Assembly: GCA_041657425.1 (NCBI GenBank)
Contig: JBBABY010000005.1
Location: 22,834-86,833 of the forward strand
Origin: an archaeon
GTDB lineage: Archaea > Iainarchaeota > Iainarchaeia > Iainarchaeales > CSSED10-239
Length of the DNA stretch: 64,000 nt
Direction: 5' to 3'
Within the stretch, counting starts at the first letter, position 1. The number at the start of each line of letters is the position of its first letter. This document shows positions 37,792 to 47,374 of this stretch, piece after piece. The translations under genes and the position numbers were made by a program. The notes below the pieces were generated by a model that had not been told where the DNA came from, did no database searches, and saw only the letters and a list, made by a program, of their open reading frames with translations.

Positions 37792-38628
37792 ATGGCAAAA
37801 GAAAATAATAAAAAGCTAATCATTTGGGCGTTAGTCGCTTTAGTGGTTGGTGTAGTAATAGGTCTACTATTAACAAGTATAGTAACAACAGGAAATGCAG
37901 CAACCGCATTAGGTGAAAAATCAGCAACACTTGATACGAAAACCACAGAAGATAATGTAGTTGAATCAAGAACAAACTTAGTATTAAACTTATTAAAAGT
38001 AAATAGAATTGAAAATAGAGACGAAGATTTATTAATTCATGCAAATAGTGGAACTGAACGTCTTATGTTATGGGGAGACACAATGACAAATATTTGGGCT
38101 CCAAGCATAGATATTTCTGGATCTACAGCGGTCGCAATTTCTACACCTGTAAATTTTATAGGATTAGGAACAGATGGTATAAATATTTTTGCTCATAATT
38201 TTATGATTGCTAATTCAGAACAAACTCAAACAAATCCAATAATTTCACTTGATTTAGAAAATTCTGAATTAGTCATAAATGCATCCACTACAAAATTTAT
38301 AAATGTCGTATCTGTAAGTCCAATCATTTCAGAATATAGTGTAGGAGACACATTTACTATAGAAAATAATACTATAGAAGTTGCTGCCATTTGGGATGCA
38401 AATGGAGTAGTTGAAATGCATTTGTTCGATGCAAATATGATAAATCCAATTGTTGAATTTTACGGAGAAGGAGATATAATCTTTAATCAATATTTAACTG
38501 CAAGTTTAAAAGTAGAAAATATTTCTCAAAATGTAGTAGGCATTGTGGTTTTACCAACAGGCAACTCATATTATGCATGTATAGGATCTGATGGAACTTT
38601 GTTTAAAAGTAATTATCCATGTAACTAA
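37792..38628 (+). CDS. secreted/surface protein, paralog family member B
   Basis: N-terminus MAKENNKKLIIWALVALV shared with 50212 and 51300; ESRTNLVLNLLKVNRIENR and YYAC/PCN C-terminal domain shared with 35130. Confidence 0.6.
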   Translation: MAKENNKKLIIWALVALVVGVVIGLLLTSIVTTGNAATALGEKSATLDTKTTEDNVVESRTNLVLNLLKVNRIENRDEDLLIHANSGTERLMLWGDTMTNIWAPSIDISGSTAVAISTPVNFIGLGTDGINIFAHNFMIANSEQTQTNPIISLDLENSELVINASTTKFINVVSVSPIISEYSVGDTFTIENNTIEVAAIWDANGVVEMHLFDANMINPIVEFYGEGDIIFNQYLTASLKVENISQNVVGIVVLPTGNSYYACIGSDGTLFKSNYPCN

Positions 38629-38651
38629 ATAGAAATAAAAAATAAAATCAT

Positions 38652-39071
38652 TTATTTAAGATAGATGATTTTATTTCCATCTTTTATTTTTCTCCTTTTT
38701 GAATACTTGATTAAATAGTGTATCTTGCTTTTTGGAATGCCTAGTTTCTTTTCAAGGTCTCTGTAACTGTAGTCTTTGTATGTTTGTAAGATTTTTTGTA
38801 GTTTTTCTATCTTAATGTCAATTGGTCTTCCTTGTTCTTTTCTTATTGCAATTGTAATTTCTTTCTTTTTTATAAATTCCTTAATTGCTTTACTCAGTCT
38901 TTCATTAGTTGAATTAGAGATAGTTATCATCTTTAGTCTTTTACATCGGCTGAGTATTTTGTTAAGAACTGCTTTAGAGAAAGCCCTAGTGATATGTAGC
39001 TCTTCGCAGTTAGTATTAACTTGTCCTGCTTTTGTAAAGTCTGAAAGTGTATCTTTTACAGTGTAGTTCAT
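38652..39071 (-). CDS. hypothetical protein with C-terminal HTH
   Basis: 139 aa; C-terminal YRDLEKKLGIPKSKIHYLIK resembles a resolvase-type HTH; no catalytic domain recognised. Confidence 0.35.
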   Translation of the reverse strand: MNYTVKDTLSDFTKAGQVNTNCEELHITRAFSKAVLNKILSRCKRLKMITISNSTNERLSKAIKEFIKKKEITIAIRKEQGRPIDIKIEKLQKILQTYKDYSYRDLEKKLGIPKSKIHYLIKYSKRRKIKDGNKIIYLK

Positions 39072-39131
39072 ATTTGTCCAAGATTTAATAATTCAATATT
39101 TATATCTGGTAGATTAGATTTATAAATAAAT

Positions 39132-40841
39132 CTATGTGTTTAGAAATTCAAAGGTACTGGTTGTTCCTTTTTTAAATTTGTGATTTTTTAAGAAATCTAT
39201 GTGGTCAAATCTTTCTCTTGTAATTTTTTCTTTATCTGTGTCTTGTAGTTGTATAAAATTATTAATATCATAAGAACACAAAAATTCAGGCATAATCACA
39301 TAGTCTGCTCCAGCATGATATAATTCTAAAGCCACATCTATGTGATCATTAACTACAATAAATAAGATATTTTTGTTTTTAGATTTAATCTTAGATATTA
39401 AAAAGTGATTAATGGAATAAGAATTAATTGTTGATATAATTACTTTTATTTTAGAGAGATTTAGTTCTTCTGTTAATTCAACATTTCCTGCATCTCCATA
39501 AATATGATTAATTCTATTTTTTGTAAGTATTTTATCGATTTCGGGATTATGGTCAATTACCAAAAATTTTTTATTTTTCGTTTTAAGATATTCTCCAACA
39601 CCCATTCCTACTTTATTATATCCAAAGATGATATAATTATAATCTTCTATAATTTGCACTTCGTCTCTTGCATTTTTCTTTTCAAAGATATTTAGATATT
39701 TTCCGATTTTATCAAATATCCAATCAGAATATATTATCATGTAAGAAGAGCAAGTAATTGTTATTAGCCCTACAAAGGTAACAAATGAAAGAACCTCTGT
39801 TGTTAAATGTCCCGCAGTAATTCCTAAAGCGATAAGGATTAAAGAAAATTCAGAAATTTGAGCAACAGTAAGTCCTGCCATAAATCCTACTTTTTTTTTG
39901 TAACCCGATAGTCCCATAATAATCATAACAATTAAAGGATTACCTATTAAAATAAATAATGACAAAATTATTATTGGAATAATGTGTGCGGAAAAACTTC
40001 CAAAAGTCATTTGTAATCCTAATAATACAAAAAATAAAATCAAAAAGAAATCTCTTAGTGGTTTAAGCTTAAGGTTTATCTCAAATCTGTACGTTGAAAA
40101 AGACAAGAAAAATCCTGCAAGAAGCGCCCCGATTTCAATAGAGAAACCAAAGTAAAAAAACAATGCTGCAAGTATTAAACACCAACCAATTGAAAATAAT
40201 AATAAAAATTCTTGCGATTTTGCTACAAATTTAAGAAATTTAGGCAACAAATATATTGAAAATAATAACAATCCAATTACTAATCCAATGCCAATAAATA
40301 TATTAGTTAACATTGATGATTTGTTTTGTCCACTAAGAGAAGAAATAACAATTAAAACAACTATTGCAACAAGATCTTGAACAACTAAAAAACCAATAGA
40401 TATTTTTCCATAAAGAGAATTGACTGCCCCCTTATCTGTAAGCAACTTCATTATAATAATGGTACTACTAAATGCAAGAGCTAAAGACACATAAAGAGAA
40501 GTAACCCAATTAAATCCTATAAGTAAACAAATAAGATATCCTATACCAGTAGTAAAAACAATTTGACCAATACCTGTAAATAAGGAAACCTTGCCCACTT
40601 CTTTTAAGACTTTAGGATTAAGATTTATCCCTACCATAAATAACAATAAAGAAACGCCTATATGTGAAAATACCGTAATTGACGAGGTGTCTTTAATAAT
40701 ATTTAGAACATATGGACTAACTACAATTCCTGTAAGTATATATCCAATAATTAGTGGTTGCTTTAATAATCTAATAATTGTAGTTATGATAATAGCTATG
40801 AATATAATAATACAGATTTCAATAAAAAAATTATTAATCAT
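39132..40841 (-). CDS. CPA2-family K+/H+ antiporter (Kef-type) with TrkA-N domain
   Basis: Na_H_exchanger membrane domain followed by a Rossmann TrkA-N (IIFGYNKVGMGVGEYL). Confidence 0.7.
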   Translation of the reverse strand: MINNFFIEICIIIFIAIIITTIIRLLKQPLIIGYILTGIVVSPYVLNIIKDTSSITVFSHIGVSLLLFMVGINLNPKVLKEVGKVSLFTGIGQIVFTTGIGYLICLLIGFNWVTSLYVSLALAFSSTIIIMKLLTDKGAVNSLYGKISIGFLVVQDLVAIVVLIVISSLSGQNKSSMLTNIFIGIGLVIGLLLFSIYLLPKFLKFVAKSQEFLLLFSIGWCLILAALFFYFGFSIEIGALLAGFFLSFSTYRFEINLKLKPLRDFFLILFFVLLGLQMTFGSFSAHIIPIIILSLFILIGNPLIVMIIMGLSGYKKKVGFMAGLTVAQISEFSLILIALGITAGHLTTEVLSFVTFVGLITITCSSYMIIYSDWIFDKIGKYLNIFEKKNARDEVQIIEDYNYIIFGYNKVGMGVGEYLKTKNKKFLVIDHNPEIDKILTKNRINHIYGDAGNVELTEELNLSKIKVIISTINSYSINHFLISKIKSKNKNILFIVVNDHIDVALELYHAGADYVIMPEFLCSYDINNFIQLQDTDKEKITRERFDHIDFLKNHKFKKGTTSTFEFLNT

Positions 40842-40926
40842 ATAATATTTAAGAAATATATATTTATAAATACAACTCTAGTACATAATAACTAAGGACA
40901 ATATAAAAATTAAAATACGAAAAAAA

Positions 40927-42615
40927 ATGACACATTTACTATTATTGAATATTGCAATTATCATAATTTGTGCAACAGTAATGACATTTATTTTTACTAA
41001 ACTTAAACAACCATCTGTTCTCGCATTTATAGTAACTGGTATTTTAATAGGTCCGTTAGTTCTTGGTTGGGTTAATAATTCTGAAGAAATAATGTTAATT
41101 TCTGAAATTGGAATTGCCTTTCTTTTATTTAGTGTAGGAATTGGAACGGATTTAAAAGAATTAAAAAGTTTAAAATTATCGATTATTCTTTTGCCATTAA
41201 TAAATATAGTTCTTATGTTTATATTTTTATTTGTATTTAGTAAAGTTATTAATCTCACATTAATTCAATCATTATATTTTTCTGTCATATTGTCATTCAG
41301 TTCCACAATGTTAGTTGCTAAGATTTATTTAGATAATTTTATGATTGATTCTTTGCATGGGCGGATTGCGATCGGAATACTTCTTGTTGAAGATCTTATA
41401 GCCATTCTTGCAATTCCAATTTTAAAAAATTTCAGCGAATTTACATTTTTGATGTTTTTAATAATTCTTGCAAAGACTGCGGTATTTGTTCTTTTTGCTC
41501 TTTTTTTAAATAAAATTGTGTATCCTTATATTATAAAACAAGCATACAAATCTGAGCAAAGTTTCTTCTTATTATCAATTGCAAGTTGTTTTATATTTAT
41601 TATGTTATCTTATCTTCTTGATTTTCCAATGGCCGTTGGTGCATTTTTTGGGGGGGTTGCAATTTCTATTTATCCGTATAGTTACGAAATCTCTAATAAA
41701 ATCTCAAGTATAAGAGATCTTTTAGCAACTATTGTTTTTGTATCTTTAGGTATGCAGTTATCTTTAAATATTTCTAACGATATTTTCTTTATAATAGTAA
41801 TATTTATACTTGCATTTATAATAAAACCAATAATTCATTTCTTTATGATTTTATTTGCAGGATATGGTACAAAAATTTCTTTAAGAGTATCTGGAGATTT
41901 AAACCAGATTTCTGAATTTTCGTTAATAATAGCAATGCAAGGAATCGCTTTGGGGCAAATTACAAGTTCACAATATGCAATAGTGATTATAATTACTTCT
42001 CTATCAATGTTAACAACACCTTATGTAATGCTTAATAGTGAAAAGATATATACTTTCTTTAAACCAATAATGGATAGATTTAAGGAAGAATTTTGGCACA
42101 GGCAAATAAATTCATTGTCTACCATTTCAAAAGATATTAAAGATCACATAGTAGTAATTGGTTCAGATGTAATGACTGAAGGTTTCATAAAAGTAGTTTC
42201 AAGAGATGTAGATCAACCAATTATCTTAGTGGATTATAATCCAGAAAAGTTATTAGCTTTTCAAAACAAAAGAATAAAATATGTTTGTGGAGACATCAAC
42301 TATAAAGAAGTAATGAATGCAGTAAATTTAAAAGAAGCAAAACTTGCAATATTGACTGCTCCAAAGTTTGATACAACAATAAGATTTCTAAAAACTGCAA
42401 AAACAATTAACCCTCGGCTTCCAATTTATGTTAGAGCAAAAACTAAAAAAGAAGCATTACAATTATATGAGCTTGGTGCAGATTTAGTGATCTTACCACA
42501 TGTTTTAGAATCAAATTATCTTCTTCAAAAAGTTTATTCTTTTGTTAAAGATGGTCCCGAAAGAAACAAGGCTCTAAGATCTGAATATTTAAGTTATTTA
42601 AAAAAAGAAAATTAG
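40927..42615 (+). CDS. CPA2-family K+/H+ antiporter (Kef-type) with TrkA-N domain, paralog
   Basis: Same architecture as 39132..40841 (membrane domain plus VVIGSDVMTEGFIKVV Rossmann); divergently arranged. Confidence 0.7.
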   Translation: MTHLLLLNIAIIIICATVMTFIFTKLKQPSVLAFIVTGILIGPLVLGWVNNSEEIMLISEIGIAFLLFSVGIGTDLKELKSLKLSIILLPLINIVLMFIFLFVFSKVINLTLIQSLYFSVILSFSSTMLVAKIYLDNFMIDSLHGRIAIGILLVEDLIAILAIPILKNFSEFTFLMFLIILAKTAVFVLFALFLNKIVYPYIIKQAYKSEQSFFLLSIASCFIFIMLSYLLDFPMAVGAFFGGVAISIYPYSYEISNKISSIRDLLATIVFVSLGMQLSLNISNDIFFIIVIFILAFIIKPIIHFFMILFAGYGTKISLRVSGDLNQISEFSLIIAMQGIALGQITSSQYAIVIIITSLSMLTTPYVMLNSEKIYTFFKPIMDRFKEEFWHRQINSLSTISKDIKDHIVVIGSDVMTEGFIKVVSRDVDQPIILVDYNPEKLLAFQNKRIKYVCGDINYKEVMNAVNLKEAKLAILTAPKFDTTIRFLKTAKTINPRLPIYVRAKTKKEALQLYELGADLVILPHVLESNYLLQKVYSFVKDGPERNKALRSEYLSYLKKEN

Positions 42616-43670
42616 ATATTTTTAAATTGTTTAACTAATTCTTCAATCTTCTCATCTACTCTCTTTAAAAATAATTTTGAATCTTGGTATTTATGATTTT
42701 TAAGTTTTTGTTTATATTTTGGGATATTTATTAAAAATTGTTTAAGACTTTTCTCATCAATTTTTGTGTGTGATTCTCCATATCCTAAAATATCAAGATA
42801 GTGTGCATTTGTTAATTGTTCAAATTGATGTTTCATAGGAATGGAGTAGATTGGTTTTTTGAAATATAACGCTTCAGTAATTAATGTGTGCCCGCCATTA
42901 GTAATTATAGCTTTACATTCAGAAATATATTTAAACAGATTTGGTTCATTTTTTTTAAATGTAATATTTCCATCAATTTTATCTTGATTATATCCAAATA
43001 CAATGAATTTTTCAGTTTTAATTTTCTTAAGAACCGGGGTCACATTTGTTTTCTCCATAAATCTGTTATACACAAGAATATACCCTTTGTCTTTAGATTT
43101 AAACTTTTTAATTTCGTCCATAAAAATAGGATCAAAGACTTCTGTATTCTTCTTAACAATGTTTGTTCTATAGAAACATAATCCAAAATAATAATTTGCA
43201 AAAGGATAAACTAATTTTGAAACTGCTTTTGCTTGAAAGAAATCTCCACTGTCCTTTGCTTTAAATTCAACATCTCCTCTAAAGATAGTTGCATGATTAT
43301 CAATTTCAATAGTTGGGATCTCAAGCATCTTTCCTGCCCAAAGAGTATATCTCTCAAGATCTGAAATAATTATATCTGGTTTATAATTATAAATGATTTT
43401 AGTTGTTTGTGTTAAGTTCTTTGCATTCTTTGCATTAAACCACCCAAAAAAACTTTTAGCAAGCTTTACTCCTTCTTTACTATAAACAAAAACTGGTTGT
43501 TTAACAACATCAATTTTAATGTTAGGATATTTTTTTTCTAAGAAGTTAGCAACACTTTCATCTGTAATAATTTGAATTTTGTGTCCTTTCTTAAGCAAGT
43601 GATCAATGATTGGAATACTTCTAGTGACATGTCCAAACCCATCTGAATTAAGTGCATATATAATCTTCAT
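42612..43670 (-). CDS. GT-B fold glycosyltransferase (MurG/GT28-like)
   Basis: N-terminal SDGFGHVTRSI and C-terminal NGGHTLITEAL motifs resemble GT28/MJ1255-like transferases. Confidence 0.45.
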   Translation of the reverse strand: MKIIYALNSDGFGHVTRSIPIIDHLLKKGHKIQIITDESVANFLEKKYPNIKIDVVKQPVFVYSKEGVKLAKSFFGWFNAKNAKNLTQTTKIIYNYKPDIIISDLERYTLWAGKMLEIPTIEIDNHATIFRGDVEFKAKDSGDFFQAKAVSKLVYPFANYYFGLCFYRTNIVKKNTEVFDPIFMDEIKKFKSKDKGYILVYNRFMEKTNVTPVLKKIKTEKFIVFGYNQDKIDGNITFKKNEPNLFKYISECKAIITNGGHTLITEALYFKKPIYSIPMKHQFEQLTNAHYLDILGYGESHTKIDEKSLKQFLINIPKYKQKLKNHKYQDSKLFLKRVDEKIEELVKQFKNI

Positions 43671-43740
43671 AATAATATTATAAAATAAAGCAATTTTTAA
43701 ATGTTTTTAAATACTCATTTTTATTAAAAGGAGCAAACAA

Positions 43741-44322
43741 ATGATAATCTTAATATGTGGTTTTTCTGCATCAGGTAAAAGCTATCTAGTTAATTCTGTG
43801 GCAGATAAACTAAACTATAAGCACGTTCATACTTCAGATATTCTTAATCAAATTGCGTGCGGGGTTTCTGAAAAGAAAGTAAATTGTAATAATACAAAAA
43901 TGAACACCGGTTGGTACGAGTTTTCAGGACTTGATGAAAAGCGAAAGAAAACAAATAATATAGATAAGAAATTGGATAAATATCTTCTAAACTTAGTAAA
44001 AACAAAAAACAATATTGTTCTTGATTCTTGGACACTACCATATTTAGTAAAAGATAATAAAAAAGTAATTAAGATTTGGTTAGATGCAACAGAAAAAATA
44101 AGATCACAAAGGCTTGCATTAAGAGACAAGATAACATACACAGAAGCACATAAGCTACTAAAAAGCAAAGATTCTTTTTCTAAGGAACATTTCCAAGAAC
44201 TCTATGGTTTTACGTTAGGGAAAGACAAACAAGTTTTTGATTTAGTAATTAATACAAATACTTTAAGTATAAAACAAGTAGAACAGAAAACTCTTGATTT
44301 TTTAAAAAAGAAAATTAAGTAG
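43741..44322 (+). CDS. P-loop nucleotide kinase, likely archaeal-type cytidylate kinase
   Basis: Walker A GFSASGKS; LID/C-terminal region IWLDATEKIRSQRLALRD matches the archaeal CMK pattern. Confidence 0.5.
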   Translation: MIILICGFSASGKSYLVNSVADKLNYKHVHTSDILNQIACGVSEKKVNCNNTKMNTGWYEFSGLDEKRKKTNNIDKKLDKYLLNLVKTKNNIVLDSWTLPYLVKDNKKVIKIWLDATEKIRSQRLALRDKITYTEAHKLLKSKDSFSKEHFQELYGFTLGKDKQVFDLVINTNTLSIKQVEQKTLDFLKKKIK

Positions 44323-45153
44323 TTATTTTTCTATTTTTTTTCTTAGTCTTTCAATAACAGAATAATCTACATTATATTTTCCAAGTTCATTTTCTGGAAA
44401 AAAAGTGCTTCCGTGAAAATCAGAGCCACCACTTTCAATTAAGCATAATTTTTTTGCAATTTCTTTTGATTCCACGATAAACGCATCATATTCACTTCCA
44501 TGTGGTCCAGTAGTTTCAATTCCTGAAAGTCCATAAGAAATAAGTTTAGATGAATAATATTCAAAGTCATTTCTAAGAGATAACGGGAGATACCAAGGGT
44601 GAGGAAGCACAGCAACTCCTCCTGCATTTTTTATTTCAGCAATTACTTTTTTAGCACTATATCTTTTTGGTTTATAGTCAATACTTATCTTCTTAATAAT
44701 TCCAACAAATGCTTCTTGTAAGTTTTGAACATAGCCGTTCTTTCTAAGTTCCAAAGCCAGGTGTGTAGCCATAACTTTTTGTGTTGGTCCTGCAAACTTA
44801 AAGATTGATTCCATTTCAACATTGTAGCCATTATCTTGTAACCAATAAATCTTTTGAGTAACGACGTCACTAATGGATTTTGAGTTTTCTTCTAAAATCT
44901 TAAGTAATGGTTCATAATTAGGATCAAAGAAATAACCAAGAATTTCTGTAGACTCACAATTAATTTCAACACCTGTAATTAATTCGATTTTTTCTTTTTT
45001 TGCAAATTTAGAAGCATCAGCCAAAGCATCAACGCCATTATGATCAGTAATTGCTAAAGCTTTAAGTTTCTTAGAAGAAGCAATTTTTATTAAATATTCA
45101 GGAGAATGAAAACCATCTGAATAGTAAGTGTGAGTGTGTAAATCACAGTTCAT
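44323..45153 (-). CDS. PHP-domain metal-dependent phosphoesterase
   Basis: CDLHTHTYYSDG...ALAITDHN PHP motifs. Confidence 0.7.
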   Translation of the reverse strand: MNCDLHTHTYYSDGFHSPEYLIKIASSKKLKALAITDHNGVDALADASKFAKKEKIELITGVEINCESTEILGYFFDPNYEPLLKILEENSKSISDVVTQKIYWLQDNGYNVEMESIFKFAGPTQKVMATHLALELRKNGYVQNLQEAFVGIIKKISIDYKPKRYSAKKVIAEIKNAGGVAVLPHPWYLPLSLRNDFEYYSSKLISYGLSGIETTGPHGSEYDAFIVESKEIAKKLCLIESGGSDFHGSTFFPENELGKYNVDYSVIERLRKKIEK

Positions 45154-45169
45154 TTGTTTTCTTCCCGCT

Positions 45170-45379
45170 TTATTGCATAGTCTTGGTTGCTAGTTTTATA
45201 TCTTCGCCAGTAACTGTTTTTCTTTTTGCGTGCTTTGCAAGTTCAATTGCTTGTTTTGAGATGTCCATAGCTACTTCAGAAAGAATCTTACTTAGTTCTT
45301 CTGCTGCGTCTTCTGACACTCTTTCTGCTCCTGCCTTTCTAATAAGTCTATCGATTGCTGCAACTGGTAAATCAGTCAT
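45170..45379 (-). CDS. archaeal histone (HMf-like)
   Basis: 69 aa; histone fold [22 protein letters not shown]...[17 protein letters not shown]; GGGGGT RBS. Confidence 0.88.
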   Translation of the reverse strand: MTDLPVAAIDRLIRKAGAERVSEDAAEELSKILSEVAMDISKQAIELAKHAKRKTVTGEDIKLATKTMQ

Positions 45380-45480
45380 AAAATAACCCCCATATTTAAT
45401 TTAAATAAATTATAACGCTTTTCGTTTATAAGATGGTACTTCAAAAGCTTTTTAAATAAAACCTCTAAAAGATATATACT

Positions 45481-46374
45481 ATGACGCTATTAGATTCCAT
45501 TCTTTTGCAGATTAATCAAAAGAAAACAAGCTTTAATGAGCTATTAACAAGAATCATACCTAATTATTCAAGTACAGAATCAGCAAGAGCTGCTCTTTTT
45601 CGTGTTATTAAAAACCTGGTGTCGTTTGGTTATATTCAAAAAACTGAAGATTTTTACGAGATAACTGAGAAAGGAAAAAAGATGGTGGAGTCAAAGCTTC
45701 AAGATAAGATGCTAAATAATATAAATAGCATAAATGATCTTCTTCAAAAATCTCAACCTGCAAAATCTCTACAATATCTTGATGACATGGTTAGAAATTT
45801 ACAAATATTTTTAGAAAGATCAAAAGAAGACCAAACTCTTTTAAAGATAGGTAAAACAAGTGTTACTTTTTATGTTTCAGATTTAGAAGATATAAAAACA
45901 AATGTCGCAAGTAGATTAACAAAATTTGAACAATCTTTTGATAGGCAGATACAGTCTTTAAAGGATTTAAATTTTGAAGATCAGTTTGTTATTAATCTTG
46001 ACAATAACGCTTTTGAGTTGATTAAAGAATTATCCACTAGTAACAACGTTTCAGAACTAATAATTGATTGTGATAAGACAGATATCAATTCAGGGATGCT
46101 TTTTGAAACACATGCAGAGTTTGCAAAAAAGCCAGATAATGTTTTTATTCTTAAGCAAGCAGACATAGATGTTTTAAAGAAATTATTATTATCAAGACTT
46201 GACATAATAATGCAGACTAGATTTAAGACCTACATTAAAGAAATTGTAATTTATTTAAAGGTTGGAAAGCTTTACTTCACAGGCCCTTACAATCAGATAG
46301 TTACAATTAAAGAAAGCTATTCTAAACTAACAGAACCAGAAAAGAAAGAAGTTAAAGAAAAAATAATATCTTAA
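45481..46374 (+). CDS. hypothetical protein, possible N-terminal winged-helix
   Basis: 297 aa; N-terminal region resembles wHTH; remainder unknown. Confidence 0.4.
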   Translation: MTLLDSILLQINQKKTSFNELLTRIIPNYSSTESARAALFRVIKNLVSFGYIQKTEDFYEITEKGKKMVESKLQDKMLNNINSINDLLQKSQPAKSLQYLDDMVRNLQIFLERSKEDQTLLKIGKTSVTFYVSDLEDIKTNVASRLTKFEQSFDRQIQSLKDLNFEDQFVINLDNNAFELIKELSTSNNVSELIIDCDKTDINSGMLFETHAEFAKKPDNVFILKQADIDVLKKLLLSRLDIIMQTRFKTYIKEIVIYLKVGKLYFTGPYNQIVTIKESYSKLTEPEKKEVKEKIIS

Positions 46375-46375
46375 A

Positions 46376-46446
46376 GCAACTATAGTCTAGTGGTAGGATG
46401 CAAGCTTCCCAAGCTTGCGACTCGGGTTCGAATCCCGGTAGTTGCA
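46376..46446 (+). tRNA. tRNA-Gly (CCC)
   Basis: Acceptor GCAACTA/TAGTTGC, anticodon stem CAAGC/GCTTG, loop TTCCCAA, T-loop TTCGAAT. Confidence 0.8.
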
Positions 46447-46451
46447 CTGCC

Positions 46452-46478
46452 TTTTCTTTTCTTGTAAGAAAAGAAAAT
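46452..46478 (+). terminator. perfect 12-bp inverted repeat hairpin downstream of tRNA-Gly
   Basis: TTTTCTTTTCTT-gta-AAGAAAAGAAAA immediately 3' of the tRNA. Confidence 0.4.
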
Positions 46479-46573
46479 GTAAGCTGCCAAAAGAAAAGAA
46501 CTATAAGGTGCCAAAAACGGCAGGTGTCGAAAGAAAACACGAACGATTAAAAAAATAATTAAACGGCAAAATT

Positions 46574-47155
46574 ATGTCAACTGTTAAAATACTTGTAGAA
46601 GGTTATGCTCACGAAGGAAAAGATTGTTATGAAGCAACTTGTTCGACAGTTTTAATTGAGGATTCCGGAAAAAGAATAATTGTTGATCCAGGTTGTAACG
46701 AGAAACTACTTCTTAATGCATTAAAGAAAGAAAAATTAACCCCAAAAGATATTGATTTAATTTTCTTAACACATTATCATATTGATCACTTATTAAATAT
46801 AAGATTATTTCCTGGAATTGATATCTTAGATGGAGACATAATTTATCGTGGAGATAAAGAATTTTCTTTTAAAAAGAAAATACCTGGCACAAATATTGAA
46901 GTAATAGAAACTCCAGGCCACGCACACGAACAAGTAACTCTTTTAGTAAAAACTGAAAAAGGCATCATTGCAATTGCGGAAGACTTATGGTGGTGGGAAG
47001 ATGGAAAACAAAAAACAGATAAGAAATCATTATTATCTTTAAAAGATCCATTTGTAAAAAATAAGCAAGCATTATTGAAAAGCAGGAAATTAATATTACA
47101 AAAAGCAGACTATATAATTCCAGGACACGGAAAAATGTTTAAAGTAGAAAAGTGA
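46574..47155 (+). CDS. metallo-beta-lactamase fold hydrolase
   Basis: HxHxDH motif (THYHIDHL) and downstream His/Asp ligands. Confidence 0.65.
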   Translation: MSTVKILVEGYAHEGKDCYEATCSTVLIEDSGKRIIVDPGCNEKLLLNALKKEKLTPKDIDLIFLTHYHIDHLLNIRLFPGIDILDGDIIYRGDKEFSFKKKIPGTNIEVIETPGHAHEQVTLLVKTEKGIIAIAEDLWWWEDGKQKTDKKSLLSLKDPFVKNKQALLKSRKLILQKADYIIPGHGKMFKVEK

Positions 47156-47160
47156 GTGTT

Positions 47161-47355
47161 ATGAAACTAGGAAAATATAAACACTACAAGGGGAAGATTG
47201 TAGAAGTTATTAGTGTTGGTAAGCACACAGAGACAAATGAAGATTTAGTAATCTATAAAGAAGGAAAAAACTTTTGGGTAAGACCAGAAAAAATCTTTAA
47301 AGAGAAAGTAATTGTAAATGGAAAATCAGTTTCAAGATTTAAATATATAAAATAA
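47161..47355 (+). CDS. DUF1653-like small protein
   Basis: GKYKHYKGKIVEV...YKEGKNFWVRPEKIF pattern. Confidence 0.45.
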   Translation: MKLGKYKHYKGKIVEVISVGKHTETNEDLVIYKEGKNFWVRPEKIFKEKVIVNGKSVSRFKYIK

Positions 47356-47374
47356 AAAGGAAGTGAAAAATAGT

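Noticed and set aside
38652-39071. Possible DNA invertase / serine recombinase next to the poly-C locus
   Set aside because: Only a C-terminal HTH is recognisable. The N-terminus lacks the serine-recombinase catalytic motif (no GYxRVS..Q region), so no recombinase call was made.
45384-45394. AACCCCCAT run upstream of the histone gene as another copy of the radA GC motif
   Set aside because: On the coding strand it is the GGGGGT Shine-Dalgarno of the histone gene, 8 nt before the ATG. It does not share the CACTGGACAGCTAC part.
46352-46540. 62-aa minus-strand ORF
   Set aside because: It overlaps tRNA-Gly(CCC) and the downstream hairpin. It is spurious.
46447-46573. Three imperfect about 18-nt repeats (GCTGCCAAAAGAAAAGAAC / GGTGCCAAAAACGGCAGG / GTGTCGAAAGAAAACACG) after tRNA-Gly considered as a CRISPR array or att site
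   Set aside because: The repeats are too short and too divergent, and there are no regular spacers. No duplicated tRNA 3' end lies nearby. This is probably low-complexity terminator-region sequence.
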